DNA of 27,181 nt from Leptolyngbyaceae cyanobacterium (GTDB lineage: Bacteria > Cyanobacteriota > Cyanobacteriia > Phormidesmidales > Phormidesmidaceae): contig JBHJHA010000109.1 of assembly GCA_050331235.1 (NCBI GenBank), forward strand, positions 1-27,181. The letters are read 5' to 3'. Under the pieces are notes generated by a model. That model did no database searches and was not told the origin of the DNA. It saw nothing but the letters and a program-made list of their open reading frames with translations. This document shows, one piece after another, positions 8,372-17,891 of the stretch. Position 1 is the stretch's first letter. Each line of letters starts with the position of its first letter. A program made the position numbers and the translations under genes.

Positions 8372-9295
8372 ATGCGCACGGCTTATTTACTTGTTTCCCA
8401 CGGCAGCACTGATCCGCGGCATCAGTTGGCGCTAGCCCGTCTAGCTCGTGGCGTGAGGCAGCACCTTGGCAGACTTTGTCGTAGCCAAGATATGCCATTC
8501 AACCTGCCAATGCAAAATTTTGAACATTCTGTTGACCGCTTATTGGAGACAACATCGGCGTTGTCAGCCGGCATTCCTCGGTGGGCTCGGTGTCAACCCC
8601 AGGGGGATTACTCAGATTTGCCGATTGTGGGCACGGCGACGCTTGAAGCCGCCGCACTCTCTCTAGCAGAGCAACTTGTGAACTTTGCTCGCACCGTGAT
8701 CAATCAAGACGTGCAGCAAATCGTTGTAGTTCCCCTATTTCTCCTCGCGGGTGTTCATGTCAAGGAAGATTTGCCCGCTGAACTGGCCTCGGCTCAACCC
8801 CAGCTACCAGCGGGCCTACAGATTAAATGCTTGTCGCATCTGGGCAGCCAGGAGACCTTTAAGCAGTTTGTGGCAACTCGGCTCAATCGCACCCGGGCGG
8901 ATCGCTGTGTGCTGCTGGCCCATGGCAGCCGACGCGCCAAAGGCAATCAAGCGATGCAGCAGTTGGGGCGGCGGTCTAACTGTCATGTAGCATTTTGGGC
9001 AGTGGCCCCAGACCTTGAGTCTCAGGTGGCCGAGCTCATGCAGCAAGGATGCCAGCATATTGCGATCGCGCCGTTTTTCCTGTTTCCAGGCAGCATTACC
9101 GATGCCATCATTCGACGTACCGAGCAGCTTGCGGAGCATTTGCCCAAGCTGTCGCTACGGCTATTGTCCCCCATTGGCCTCAGCAGTGACCTGAGCAAAG
9201 TGGTCGCCGACATCGCGATCGCGGCTACTTCTCAGCCATTGGTCACCCGGTATCCTTTGACCCAAGCAGTAGCAAAAAACAGCATCTCCGCTTAA
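8372..9295 (+). CDS. Sirohydrochlorin chelatase (CbiX/SirB family, two domains)
   Basis: LLVSHGS.DPR, VPLFLLAGVHV.ED.P, second domain LLAHGSRR and APFFLFPG; adjacent to cobA; lacks the C-terminal His/Cys tail of long CbiX. Confidence 0.9.
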   Translation: MRTAYLLVSHGSTDPRHQLALARLARGVRQHLGRLCRSQDMPFNLPMQNFEHSVDRLLETTSALSAGIPRWARCQPQGDYSDLPIVGTATLEAAALSLAEQLVNFARTVINQDVQQIVVVPLFLLAGVHVKEDLPAELASAQPQLPAGLQIKCLSHLGSQETFKQFVATRLNRTRADRCVLLAHGSRRAKGNQAMQQLGRRSNCHVAFWAVAPDLESQVAELMQQGCQHIAIAPFFLFPGSITDAIIRRTEQLAEHLPKLSLRLLSPIGLSSDLSKVVADIAIAATSQPLVTRYPLTQAVAKNSISA

Positions 9296-9361
9296 TATTT
9301 TTTTAATGTTTTTGGTTCCCGATTGGAACACGTGAGCCGGCAAGACTCAGAGGATGATTGA

Positions 9362-10246
9362 ATGACAGATATCGGTCAACATTTTCAGCTTCCCGCTCTA
9401 CCAGGCAAGGTCTATCTGGTTGGTGCGGGTCCCGGTGATCCGGGTCTGTTTACCCTCAAGGGAAAATCGCTGCTGGAAGCTGCCGACGTCGTGGTGTATG
9501 ACGCCCTAGTGAGTCCGGCGATCTTAGCAATGAGCAATCCAAAGGCTAAGCTCCTGCCAGCGGGTAAACGTCGAGGCTACCATTCCCTTGCTCAATCAGA
9601 AATTACCCAGCTATTGCTTGAGCAAGCGCATCAATACTCGACGGTCGTGCGGCTCAAGGGTGGCGACCCGTTTGTATTTGGCCGTGGTGGTGAGGAAATG
9701 AGCGACCTGGTAGATGCGGGCATTGCTGTTGAGGTCGTTCCAGGTATTACCTCAGGGGTCGCCGTTCCCGCCTATGCCGGCATTCCGGTCACTCACCGCA
9801 ACCTCAGCTCTAGCGTGACCTTTGTCACTGGGCATGAGGCCGCTGGTAAATATCGCCCAGATGTCAATTGGGCTGCGATCGCCCGAGGGTCTGAGACCAT
9901 TGTGATTTACATGGGGGTCCATAATCTCCCTAACATCGTCAAGGCCTTGACGACATCTGGTTTGTCAGCCGATACGCCGATTGCCCTGATCCGCTGGGGG
10001 ACGCGCTCGGAACAGGCGGAGCTGGTGGCAACCCTGGCCACGATTGAAGATGAGATGACGACAACCGGGTTTGCGGCCCCCGCGATCGCGATCGTGGGGG
10101 ATGTGGTTACCATGCGCGATAAATTGGCAGCCTGCCAACCAGCCGTCGTAAGCCATTCCGTGTTGCCTGCCTTTGCCGGGGTGAAAGTACCGAACTCACC
10201 GGGGGTATCCACTCCCGAAGCACTTGCTAGGATAGAGAAAACATGA
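9362..10246 (+). CDS. cobA: Uroporphyrinogen-III C-methyltransferase
   Basis: GKVYLVGAGPGDPGL, ADVVVYDALV, VRLKGGDPFVFGRGGEE, VVPGITS, AGIPVTHR, FVTGH. Confidence 0.97.
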   Translation: MTDIGQHFQLPALPGKVYLVGAGPGDPGLFTLKGKSLLEAADVVVYDALVSPAILAMSNPKAKLLPAGKRRGYHSLAQSEITQLLLEQAHQYSTVVRLKGGDPFVFGRGGEEMSDLVDAGIAVEVVPGITSGVAVPAYAGIPVTHRNLSSSVTFVTGHEAAGKYRPDVNWAAIARGSETIVIYMGVHNLPNIVKALTTSGLSADTPIALIRWGTRSEQAELVATLATIEDEMTTTGFAAPAIAIVGDVVTMRDKLAACQPAVVSHSVLPAFAGVKVPNSPGVSTPEALARIEKT

Positions 10247-10457
10247 CGCTCACTGGCTAGAGCGGTTGGTCTCTGTTCAGCCATGTTTGCCGCCGGCCAG
10301 CGACTTGATCCAACATCCAGTGCAGCGACCTTAAGATTTCAGGTAGACTGCACTTTGTTGTTTTAGCCAGGTCTCCGACTACCTACCGGGACAACTGGAC
10401 GGACTGCCGGAGCGCTCATGCGCTAATTTTTTCTGACATACTGATACTTTGACCTAT

Positions 10458-11021
10458 ATGACTGCCACCATCCCAGTAGAAAAAAAGAAATTAAAAACCC
10501 CCCCCTTAGATATTCACACGCTGGGCGATAAGGTGCTGCGCCAACCCGCCAAGCGCGTTGCCAAAGTGGATGGCAGTATGCGTGACTTGGCCTATGACAT
10601 GCTCAAAACCATGTATAGCTCTGACGGCATTGGCTTAGCAGCGCCTCAAGTCGCGGTGAATAAACAGCTTATTGTGGTCGATACCGATCCTGAAAATGCC
10701 GCAGCGCCTCCCCTAATTCTGATCAATCCCAAAGTGATTCGCAGCAGTCAGGAAGTTTGCACTGACCAAGAGGGTTGTCTCAGCATTCCTGGGGTCTATT
10801 TGGATGTCGTGCGTCCTGTGGCAATCGAAGTCAGCTTTAAAGATGAAAATGGTCGTCCGCAAAAGCTACAGGCTTCGGAACTACTGGCTCGCTGCATCTT
10901 ACATGAAATGGATCACCTCACGGGTGTCATGTTTGTTGATCGGGTGAGCAATCAGATTGCCTTGAACCAGGAACTTCAGAAGAACGGCTTTTCGGCTCGA
11001 GACGTCAAGGCGATCGCCTAA
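10458..11021 (+). CDS. def: Peptide deformylase
   Basis: GIGLAAPQV, EGCLS, HEMDH motifs. Confidence 0.98.
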   Translation: MTATIPVEKKKLKTPPLDIHTLGDKVLRQPAKRVAKVDGSMRDLAYDMLKTMYSSDGIGLAAPQVAVNKQLIVVDTDPENAAAPPLILINPKVIRSSQEVCTDQEGCLSIPGVYLDVVRPVAIEVSFKDENGRPQKLQASELLARCILHEMDHLTGVMFVDRVSNQIALNQELQKNGFSARDVKAIA

Positions 11022-11079
11022 TAAACCTTGCACTCTGCCCCCTATCAGCGGTAGATAAAAAGGACTGCAGTCTAGGAGA

Positions 11080-11286
11080 GTGGCAACTGTGTGGACGCCA
11101 AAAAGCGGTTTACTTCTGTTATGTTCTTGTCTTGCGGCTATTTCGGCTGTTGCAGCAGTCTTTGAGCTGTCAACAGGGGAGCCCGACTGGGGCTTTGGGC
11201 CAACAAGTCTGTTGATTGGCGTTGCCGTACCGTTGGTGGGCGTCTTCTTTTACGCGGCAGTACGTGACGCGAGAGCTAACATGTAG
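11080..11286 (+). CDS. Small two-TM hypothetical membrane protein
   Basis: AGGAG RBS before GTG; two hydrophobic helices around FELS.GEP; ends FYAAVRDARAN. Confidence 0.8.
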   Translation: MATVWTPKSGLLLLCSCLAAISAVAAVFELSTGEPDWGFGPTSLLIGVAVPLVGVFFYAAVRDARANM

Positions 11287-11994
11287 AGCTTGTCAGCTCT
11301 TAGTCTGTACCGCAAAATAGTCGGCAGGCTGACACTGCGTCAGATTGGGGCCAGGCATAGATGCTCCCCCGCTCGTCACAAAGCTGATTTTTGGGCTGAT
11401 TGTTAATTGCTGTCAGCCCAAAGGTCGTGAAGACCATAGATGTTGTAGGGACTGCAACATTACGAACGTTCACTCTGCGAAATATCTTTCAAGCAGCGGT
11501 ATGCTTTCTGCCTAGGAGCTAGCGCGCCAATCACATGCATGTGCTTTTCCAACTCCGCCGAGCTTGGCAAAAAAACTCGAATTCCAATCTCTTGCACGCT
11601 TCTTAGCCCAAGAGATTAGGAAGGCGCTTGGAGCGCGAAAATCGACCCAAGCGTGCATGATACGGATCCTCAAAAGATTGTGGTATCGGACATCCACCCA
11701 TACCACACCAATAAGTGGGCATCCCGGAAAATCGGCTGGCCGGTAGCAACAAGCTGACTTCTGCTCAAAGTTGGCAGGTTGCGTGCGACGGAAGCCCACT
11801 CTTGATCGCTACGACCCCTATCTAACCATAGTAAGCAACGGCTGAGTGGCTTGGGATGCCTTCAGCTTGCTCTGCGCCTTCATTTTTGCTCCCCAGGTTG
11901 TGTGACTTTAGCGTTTTGCACGTTCAAAGCGAATCAACCTTCTCAGGACTAACTCCTAATCAGGCTTCGTCAACGAAATTCTCCAAGGGTCAAT

Positions 11995-12008
11995 GTATCA
12001 AGTAATAC
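11995..12008. promoter_or_regulatory. Candidate NtcA-binding site (GTA-N8-TAC)
   Basis: tGTAtcaagtaaTACt, inside an imperfect palindrome aatgtatca-N8-tgatgcatt; no properly spaced -10 box found. Confidence 0.4.
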
Positions 12009-12131
12009 TGATGCATTTTGTGAGTTGTATGGCCAAATTACAGACAAAAAACCGTGAACTCAAAACTCTGGCCATAGAAAAACTGTGTTGGCTAGAATTT
12101 TTCGTTTAAAGATTTTACCGGGAAGCCTGGC

Positions 12132-12161
12132 TTTAACGCGGGCTTTACCGTGTTTTTACCC
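12132..12161 (+). promoter_or_regulatory. Cyanobacterial Pho box (SphR/PhoB site), three tandem units
   Basis: TTTAACGC (12132), CTTTACCG (12143), TTTTACCC (12154) at exact 11-bp period, similar to the CTTAACCT consensus, ~160 bp upstream of the nuclease. Confidence 0.75.
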
Positions 12162-12318
12162 AATCGCGCATTTTGTATGTGATTTTACAGATATCTCTCG
12201 TTTAGGCGTTTCTCAATCGCGATCGCCTATTTTGTTGTGCCATTGAGCAGCCGTTCCGCGTGCTTAATCGCTTTTGAGACGTTTCGCCGCGATCAAAATA
12301 TCTTCAGTTGGAGTCTTT

Positions 12319-15300
12319 ATGACGACTAATATTTTCGACGAAGTTGTCCCGTCTAGTGTGCTTACGTCACTAGTATTTAATGAAGTGCTACCAGACCCCA
12401 ACAGTAGCAGCAACAACTTCGACACTGACGGAGACGGCACTGCCGAAACCGGAGACGAGTTCGTTGAACTCTACAACACGACCAGCAACGCTCTGGATAT
12501 CAGCGGCCTGCAATTTTGGGATGCTGGTAATAATAACTATTTCACTATTCCCGACGGTACTACACTCGGACCCAACAGTTTTGTGGTGCTAGTTTCCGAT
12601 GTGTCTGATGGCTCGTTGCCTACGGTTGAAGCTGGAAGTCAAGCATTTTCTGCTAGCAGTGGTTTATCTGGAATCATCAACAACGGTGGCGATAATTTAG
12701 TTGTTTACGATCCCGCGACGGATGGATACATTCAGGCCGTTTACAACGGCGATGGAGCCGATACCCCGACCGTTGACTACGACGGCTTTTCTGCCACTGC
12801 CAATCTTTTTGGGACGATTCAAGATCTGGGCAACGATACGGATGGGATTTCCCTGGCGCTCAGTCCTGATGGCGATACGTCAAATCCGGTCCAGCACAAC
12901 ACCATTGGCGATGGTGACGTATTGGCTTCCCCGGGCGCAGCCAACGACGGTGCTGACAATGGCGGCGGTGGTGGCCCTAATACCAACGTTGTCATCAACG
13001 AAGTCGATGCCGACACGCCTGGCAATGACAGTGCCGAGTTTATCGAGCTTTATGACGGTGGTGTAGGCAACACCGCTCTGGATGGGTTGGTAGTGGTCTT
13101 CTTCAACGGCAGCGACGATGCCTCCTACGAAGTGTTTGACTTGGATGGTTTTAGTACTGACGCCGATGGTTTCTTCGTCTTAGGTAATCCCGGTGTCGCC
13201 AATGTTGATTTAACGTTCGATCCTGGTAGCTCTGGAGCTTTGCAGAATGGGGCCGATGCTGTTGCGATCTATCAGGGCGATGCGGCTGACTTCCCGAACG
13301 ATACGCCTGTGACGACCAATAATCTGCTAGATGCGATCGCCTACGACACCAATGATAGTGATGCCTCCGGTTTGCTGACGGGCTTGGGCCTCACCACTCA
13401 GTTCAACGAAGACGCCAACAACGATAAAGATAACGAATCCAACAGCCGCGTACCCGATGGGGCCGACTCCTTTGCGGCGCAAGCCCCAACCCCAGGCACG
13501 CCCAATCAGCCCCCGGCAGTCTTGATCTCAATCTATGACATCCAAGGGGGGGGAGATGACTTTACCTCTCCTGAATATGCGTCACCGCTGCTAGGCCAGC
13601 AAGTGACTACCGAAGGTGTTGTCACTGCGATCGCCTCCAACGGTGTTTACATTCAAGACGTGCTTGGCGACGACAATGACGATACCTCCGACGGCATCTT
13701 TGTTTTCACGGGAGACAGCCAGACAGTAATTCCCACTACAACAATTGGCGATTTGGTTGAGGTCAGCGGCACGGTTGATGAATTCTTCCAGGCAACTCAA
13801 CTCGACATGGTTTCGGCTTTTAGAATCACCGGCACCGGCTCCATTGCTCCGGTTGTGCTAGGTGTCGACCGCAGCGCTCCAACTGAAATCGTCGACGACG
13901 CCAATTCGACGGAGTATGACGTCACCCGCGATGGCCGTGACTTCTACGAAAGCCTAGAGGGCATGCTGGTAACGTTGCCAGATGCCGTTGCTGTCAGCCT
14001 GACCCGAACCTTTGCTAACGGCACCGATGGAGAGTTTTACGCGATCGCCGAACAGGGGACCGGTACGACTGGGGCCAACGCGCGGGGCGGCATCACCATC
14101 TCAGAAGACACCAGCGCCAATAACCCCATCGGCGCCGACCTCAACCCTGAGCGTCTTCAAATTGACAACGATCTGGCTACCGACAGTTTCCCTGTTGTGG
14201 AGGTGGGCGATCTGTTTGGCGACATTACTGGCGTGATCAACTACAGTTTCAACGACTATGCCATCTCGCCGCTAGCGCCCGTGGAAGCCATTTCCACAAA
14301 TAATCTCAGCCCAGAGACGACTAACCTAGCGGGGACTGCCGACCAGCTCACGGTGGCCACCTTCAATGTACTGAACCTTGACCCCGGCGACCCTGCCGCC
14401 AAGTTTGACGCGCTGGGCGGCCAGATTGCCAACAACCTCCAGGCTCCCGACATCATTGCTCTGCAAGAAGTCCAGGACAACAACGGGTCGACCAATAACG
14501 GCGTTACAGATGCTAATCAAACGCTGCAGGCTCTGGTAGATGCGATCGCGACGGCCGGAGGCCCCGCCTATAAGTTTATCGACAACACCTTCATCACCAA
14601 TAACGCTAGCGGCGGCCAGCCGGGGGCAAACATTCGGGTGGCTTTTCTCTACCGTAGTGACCGTGTTGATCTAGTTGAAAATTCAGTCCGGCCGATTGGG
14701 GACCAAAACCCCGGCAGCCCCTTCAACGGCGCTCGACTGCCGCTGGCAGCGGACTTCACCTTTGGCAGTGAAACCGTCACTGTTATTGGCAATCACTTCT
14801 CCTCCAAAGGCGGCAGTGATCCACTCTTTGGCGACGAGCAGCCCCCGGCTAACGGTAGCATTGACGAGCGCATTGCCCAGGCGAATGCGGTCAACGACTT
14901 CATCAGCGCTGAACTCGCTGGCAATCCTAATGCCAAGATCATTACCCTCGGCGATTTCAACGAATTCCAGTTCTTTGAGCCGCTAGAGATTTTGGAACAA
15001 AATCTGACTAATTTGACCGAAACCCTTCCCGAAACCGAGCGCTACACCTTCAACTTCGAAGGCAATGCCCAAGCTCTTGACCATGTGCTGGTGACCAGCA
15101 ATTTGGCTGAGATTGCTGAATACGACATCGTTCACGTTAACAGCGAGTTTGCCGATGCCCCCAGTGACCACGATCCTGCCATTGTTCGGTTAAGTCTTGA
15201 TAGCCCCAACAGTGCGCCAATCTCGGTAGACGACGAAGCCACTACTGGAGGTGAGGATACTATCAATATCGCTGTTCTCACTAATGACAGCGACCCTGAT

Positions 15301-16302
15301 GGCGATGATATTGCCATTGAGTCCTTTGACGACAGCGCAACTAGCGGACTTGTCACCGATAACGGTGATGGCACCTTTGACTATGATCCGAACGGATTCT
15401 TTGCTTACCTAGCCGCGGGCGAGACGGCAACCGATACCTTTGGCTACACCCTCTCTGATGGCGAGTTGACCGATTCTGCCGAGGTCACCATCACCATTGA
15501 AGGGCCTAACGAAGTTACGAACTCGGGTATGGCGTTTAGCTTTAACACAGGCACCAACGGCGGCGCTAACCGCTTTGGTTTCGATGGCGACTCGTTCTTT
15601 GTTTCCGGTCAGGGCGTTCGAGGCAGACCCAAGTTTGACGACTTCGACGATCTGTTAGTCGTTGCGGCTGAGCTCTATGACGGTGTTCTCGAGAGAAGCG
15701 GCACTATTAACGATCAGCGCCTGCCTAGTGGGAATGGACCAAACAACATCAACGTCAACGACAATAACGAAGTCACCATTGGCGGCCGTGGCATTGGGGG
15801 ATCGTATCGGATTCAGTTTGAGAACACACAGGAGGCTGAAACCTTTGAGGCATTTGTTGAGCGCATTCTCAACGAGATTGACGAGAACGATGCTGTTGCC
15901 ACTGACCCAGATGACTTCCGTTTTGATGCTCTCACCGGCGGCTCTGACGTCCGCATCTTCTTTGATGATGTGAATGATGAGTTTGGCTTCACCACTGACG
16001 CGGGTGCTACCCAATCCCGATTTAATACCCTTGAGGTCTTCGTTGAGAGCTTAGCGACCAACGTTTTTGGCGGTAGCCAGCAACGCGATGGCAACTTCAA
16101 CGCGATGCGTATCGCAGAGGGCCGGACGCCCAACGTCCGCGCCAATGGTAATGATGACGTTATTATCAGCGGTCAAAGTGTCGGTGGTCGGTTCTCCTTT
16201 AGCTTTGGCAATGGCAATGAGGCCGGCTTGTTTGCCGATGCGATCGGTGAGCTCCTTAGTAGCATTGACGAAGCCAATGCGATCGCAGTTGGCGATATGT
16301 AA
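12319..16302 (+). CDS. Large ExeM/NucH-family extracellular nuclease/phosphatase: 2x lamin-tail domain, OB-fold, EEP domain, cadherin/Ig-like domain, tandem unknown C-terminal domains
   Basis: GGAG RBS and ATG 12319. LTD motifs FNEVL.DP...DEFVELYN and VVINEVD...EFIELY; IYDIQG..SPL.GQ.V..EGVVTA; ESLEGML; NPER; ATFNVLNL; ALQEVQD; NHFSSK; GDFN; ALDH; SDHDP; APISVDD...VLTNDSDPDGD. Confidence 0.92.
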   Translation: MTTNIFDEVVPSSVLTSLVFNEVLPDPNSSSNNFDTDGDGTAETGDEFVELYNTTSNALDISGLQFWDAGNNNYFTIPDGTTLGPNSFVVLVSDVSDGSLPTVEAGSQAFSASSGLSGIINNGGDNLVVYDPATDGYIQAVYNGDGADTPTVDYDGFSATANLFGTIQDLGNDTDGISLALSPDGDTSNPVQHNTIGDGDVLASPGAANDGADNGGGGGPNTNVVINEVDADTPGNDSAEFIELYDGGVGNTALDGLVVVFFNGSDDASYEVFDLDGFSTDADGFFVLGNPGVANVDLTFDPGSSGALQNGADAVAIYQGDAADFPNDTPVTTNNLLDAIAYDTNDSDASGLLTGLGLTTQFNEDANNDKDNESNSRVPDGADSFAAQAPTPGTPNQPPAVLISIYDIQGGGDDFTSPEYASPLLGQQVTTEGVVTAIASNGVYIQDVLGDDNDDTSDGIFVFTGDSQTVIPTTTIGDLVEVSGTVDEFFQATQLDMVSAFRITGTGSIAPVVLGVDRSAPTEIVDDANSTEYDVTRDGRDFYESLEGMLVTLPDAVAVSLTRTFANGTDGEFYAIAEQGTGTTGANARGGITISEDTSANNPIGADLNPERLQIDNDLATDSFPVVEVGDLFGDITGVINYSFNDYAISPLAPVEAISTNNLSPETTNLAGTADQLTVATFNVLNLDPGDPAAKFDALGGQIANNLQAPDIIALQEVQDNNGSTNNGVTDANQTLQALVDAIATAGGPAYKFIDNTFITNNASGGQPGANIRVAFLYRSDRVDLVENSVRPIGDQNPGSPFNGARLPLAADFTFGSETVTVIGNHFSSKGGSDPLFGDEQPPANGSIDERIAQANAVNDFISAELAGNPNAKIITLGDFNEFQFFEPLEILEQNLTNLTETLPETERYTFNFEGNAQALDHVLVTSNLAEIAEYDIVHVNSEFADAPSDHDPAIVRLSLDSPNSAPISVDDEATTGGEDTINIAVLTNDSDPDGDDIAIESFDDSATSGLVTDNGDGTFDYDPNGFFAYLAAGETATDTFGYTLSDGELTDSAEVTITIEGPNEVTNSGMAFSFNTGTNGGANRFGFDGDSFFVSGQGVRGRPKFDDFDDLLVVAAELYDGVLERSGTINDQRLPSGNGPNNINVNDNNEVTIGGRGIGGSYRIQFENTQEAETFEAFVERILNEIDENDAVATDPDDFRFDALTGGSDVRIFFDDVNDEFGFTTDAGATQSRFNTLEVFVESLATNVFGGSQQRDGNFNAMRIAEGRTPNVRANGNDDVIISGQSVGGRFSFSFGNGNEAGLFADAIGELLSSIDEANAIAVGDM

Positions 16303-16367
16303 TCATCATTGCGGCTGTGGGGCCATCGGCTGAATCTTCAACCGTGGGCCTAGTAATTTTACTCAGG

Positions 16368-16402
16368 ATCGCCTCGCAGACTATGCGGGGCGATTTTTGT
16401 TT
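16368..16402 (+). terminator. Rho-independent terminator of the nuclease gene
   Basis: atcgcctcgca-gacta-tgcggggcgat followed by ttttgttt. Confidence 0.8.
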
Positions 16403-16525
16403 GGCTAGCTATCGACCTTAGCAACTGCAGAATTCGTCAAGGGCGCTAATCGTTCATACAAATCAAAACTCACAATTAAGAAAAATTGCGATCGCTAATA
16501 TGATTGGGAACAAGCCAGCCAGCCG

Positions 16526-17623
16526 ATGTTTATATCATTAAAAATATCTATGCCTTCCGACTCTCCAGAACTGCAAACCACTGGGCCGGTGACCTCTCAA
16601 AATAGTACCGCTGATCTCTCCAAGACTTCAATCGAAGCTGCCACTCAAAACGGCAAGCCACCACGTCTGAGCGAGTCTGTTCCAACGTCTGCTTCACGCT
16701 CCCCCAACCACTGGCTCAATAAGATTTTTAGCCTTGATTATTTTGACAAGATCTGGGTTCCCATCCTGACTGGATTAGGGGCTGTGCTGCTGACTACTTG
16801 GTTTAACGAGCAAGCCAGTCAGCGACAGCGAGAAACCTCTCAAAACCTCACCCATCAAGCGATTTTTGAGAGTTACATTACCAAAGTCAATGACATGTAT
16901 TTAAACGAAGCGGTCATTGCAGATCCACTGGTTGCCGAGGCGAAGAATGCTGATTTCTCCATCGCCGAACGTAACCTGATCTACGGTATTACGTTGCCAA
17001 TTCTCAGAGATCTGACTCAGGATCAAGATCGTAAAGCCAGGCTGATCTTGTTTTTATATCGGATGAAGCTGATTGATACAGGGGTGAAAAACTTCGGCGA
17101 ACCGGCTTTGATCAACCCATTAAACCGCGCTGATCTAAAAGACGCCAATTTCAAAGGCTACAACTTAGTCGGAATCAACTTCACTGGCGCTGATTTACGG
17201 GGAGCAAACTTTATAGGAGCACATTTAGACCAGGCATTTTTAGCCTATGCGGACCTCTCTCCCAGCGAGCCCACAACCGAGCCAGGCTGGTTAACGACTA
17301 CTTTGCGAACTCTCTTTCGGCGCCAATCATTGCGATCGCTTCCAGCCGATTTGACTGACGCAAGACTAGTTAAGGCGAACCTGTCCCAAGCCATTTTGAC
17401 CAATGCTGACCTGACTAGGACTGACCTGAGCCAGGCTGATTTGTCCCGCGCTGACTTGACCAAGGCCAATTTGACTGGCGCCAATTTAGCCGAGGCTAAT
17501 TTGACAGAGGTCAACCTTACAGGCGCGACCGTTACAGAGGCACAGTTGCGGGATGCAACACTTTGTCAAACCGTGCTGGCCTCAGGGGAAACGTCTGATC
17601 GAGATTGTGCCGAGGCACCGTGA
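16526..17623 (+). CDS. Membrane-anchored pentapeptide-repeat protein
   Basis: One TM helix, then a helical domain (RKARLILFLY), then A(D/N)LxxA repeats ending ATLCQTVLASGETSDRDC; the start may be ATG 16550. Confidence 0.92.
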   Translation: MFISLKISMPSDSPELQTTGPVTSQNSTADLSKTSIEAATQNGKPPRLSESVPTSASRSPNHWLNKIFSLDYFDKIWVPILTGLGAVLLTTWFNEQASQRQRETSQNLTHQAIFESYITKVNDMYLNEAVIADPLVAEAKNADFSIAERNLIYGITLPILRDLTQDQDRKARLILFLYRMKLIDTGVKNFGEPALINPLNRADLKDANFKGYNLVGINFTGADLRGANFIGAHLDQAFLAYADLSPSEPTTEPGWLTTTLRTLFRRQSLRSLPADLTDARLVKANLSQAILTNADLTRTDLSQADLSRADLTKANLTGANLAEANLTEVNLTGATVTEAQLRDATLCQTVLASGETSDRDCAEAP

Positions 17624-17891
17624 GGCACTAGTGGGGCTAAAATCTGGCATCAAGACCCAAATGGCTGCAGTACGCCAACCAGACTGGACAAAGCCTGATT
17701 GCCGCAAGCAACTGCTTCAGCGATCGCCCAACGCGCTAAAGAGAATTTGGTCAGTTTCCAACAGGTCATTGCTGGGCAGCCAATTTTGAATGTGGTTCAC
17801 CAGCTCGATGTTAAAGCAGCCAACCTGGCAAATATCCTTGGGCGTGGCGTGACTCACGAGTAGCTTGAGGGAGCGTACCTACCCTGTCTTG

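Noticed and set aside
11512..11799. ORFs 11512..11799 (-) and 11564..11746 (+)
   Set aside because: No recognisable family, weak starts, mutually overlapping.
17760..17890. Pho box upstream of ptxA
   Set aside because: Only scattered partial matches, not at 11-bp period.
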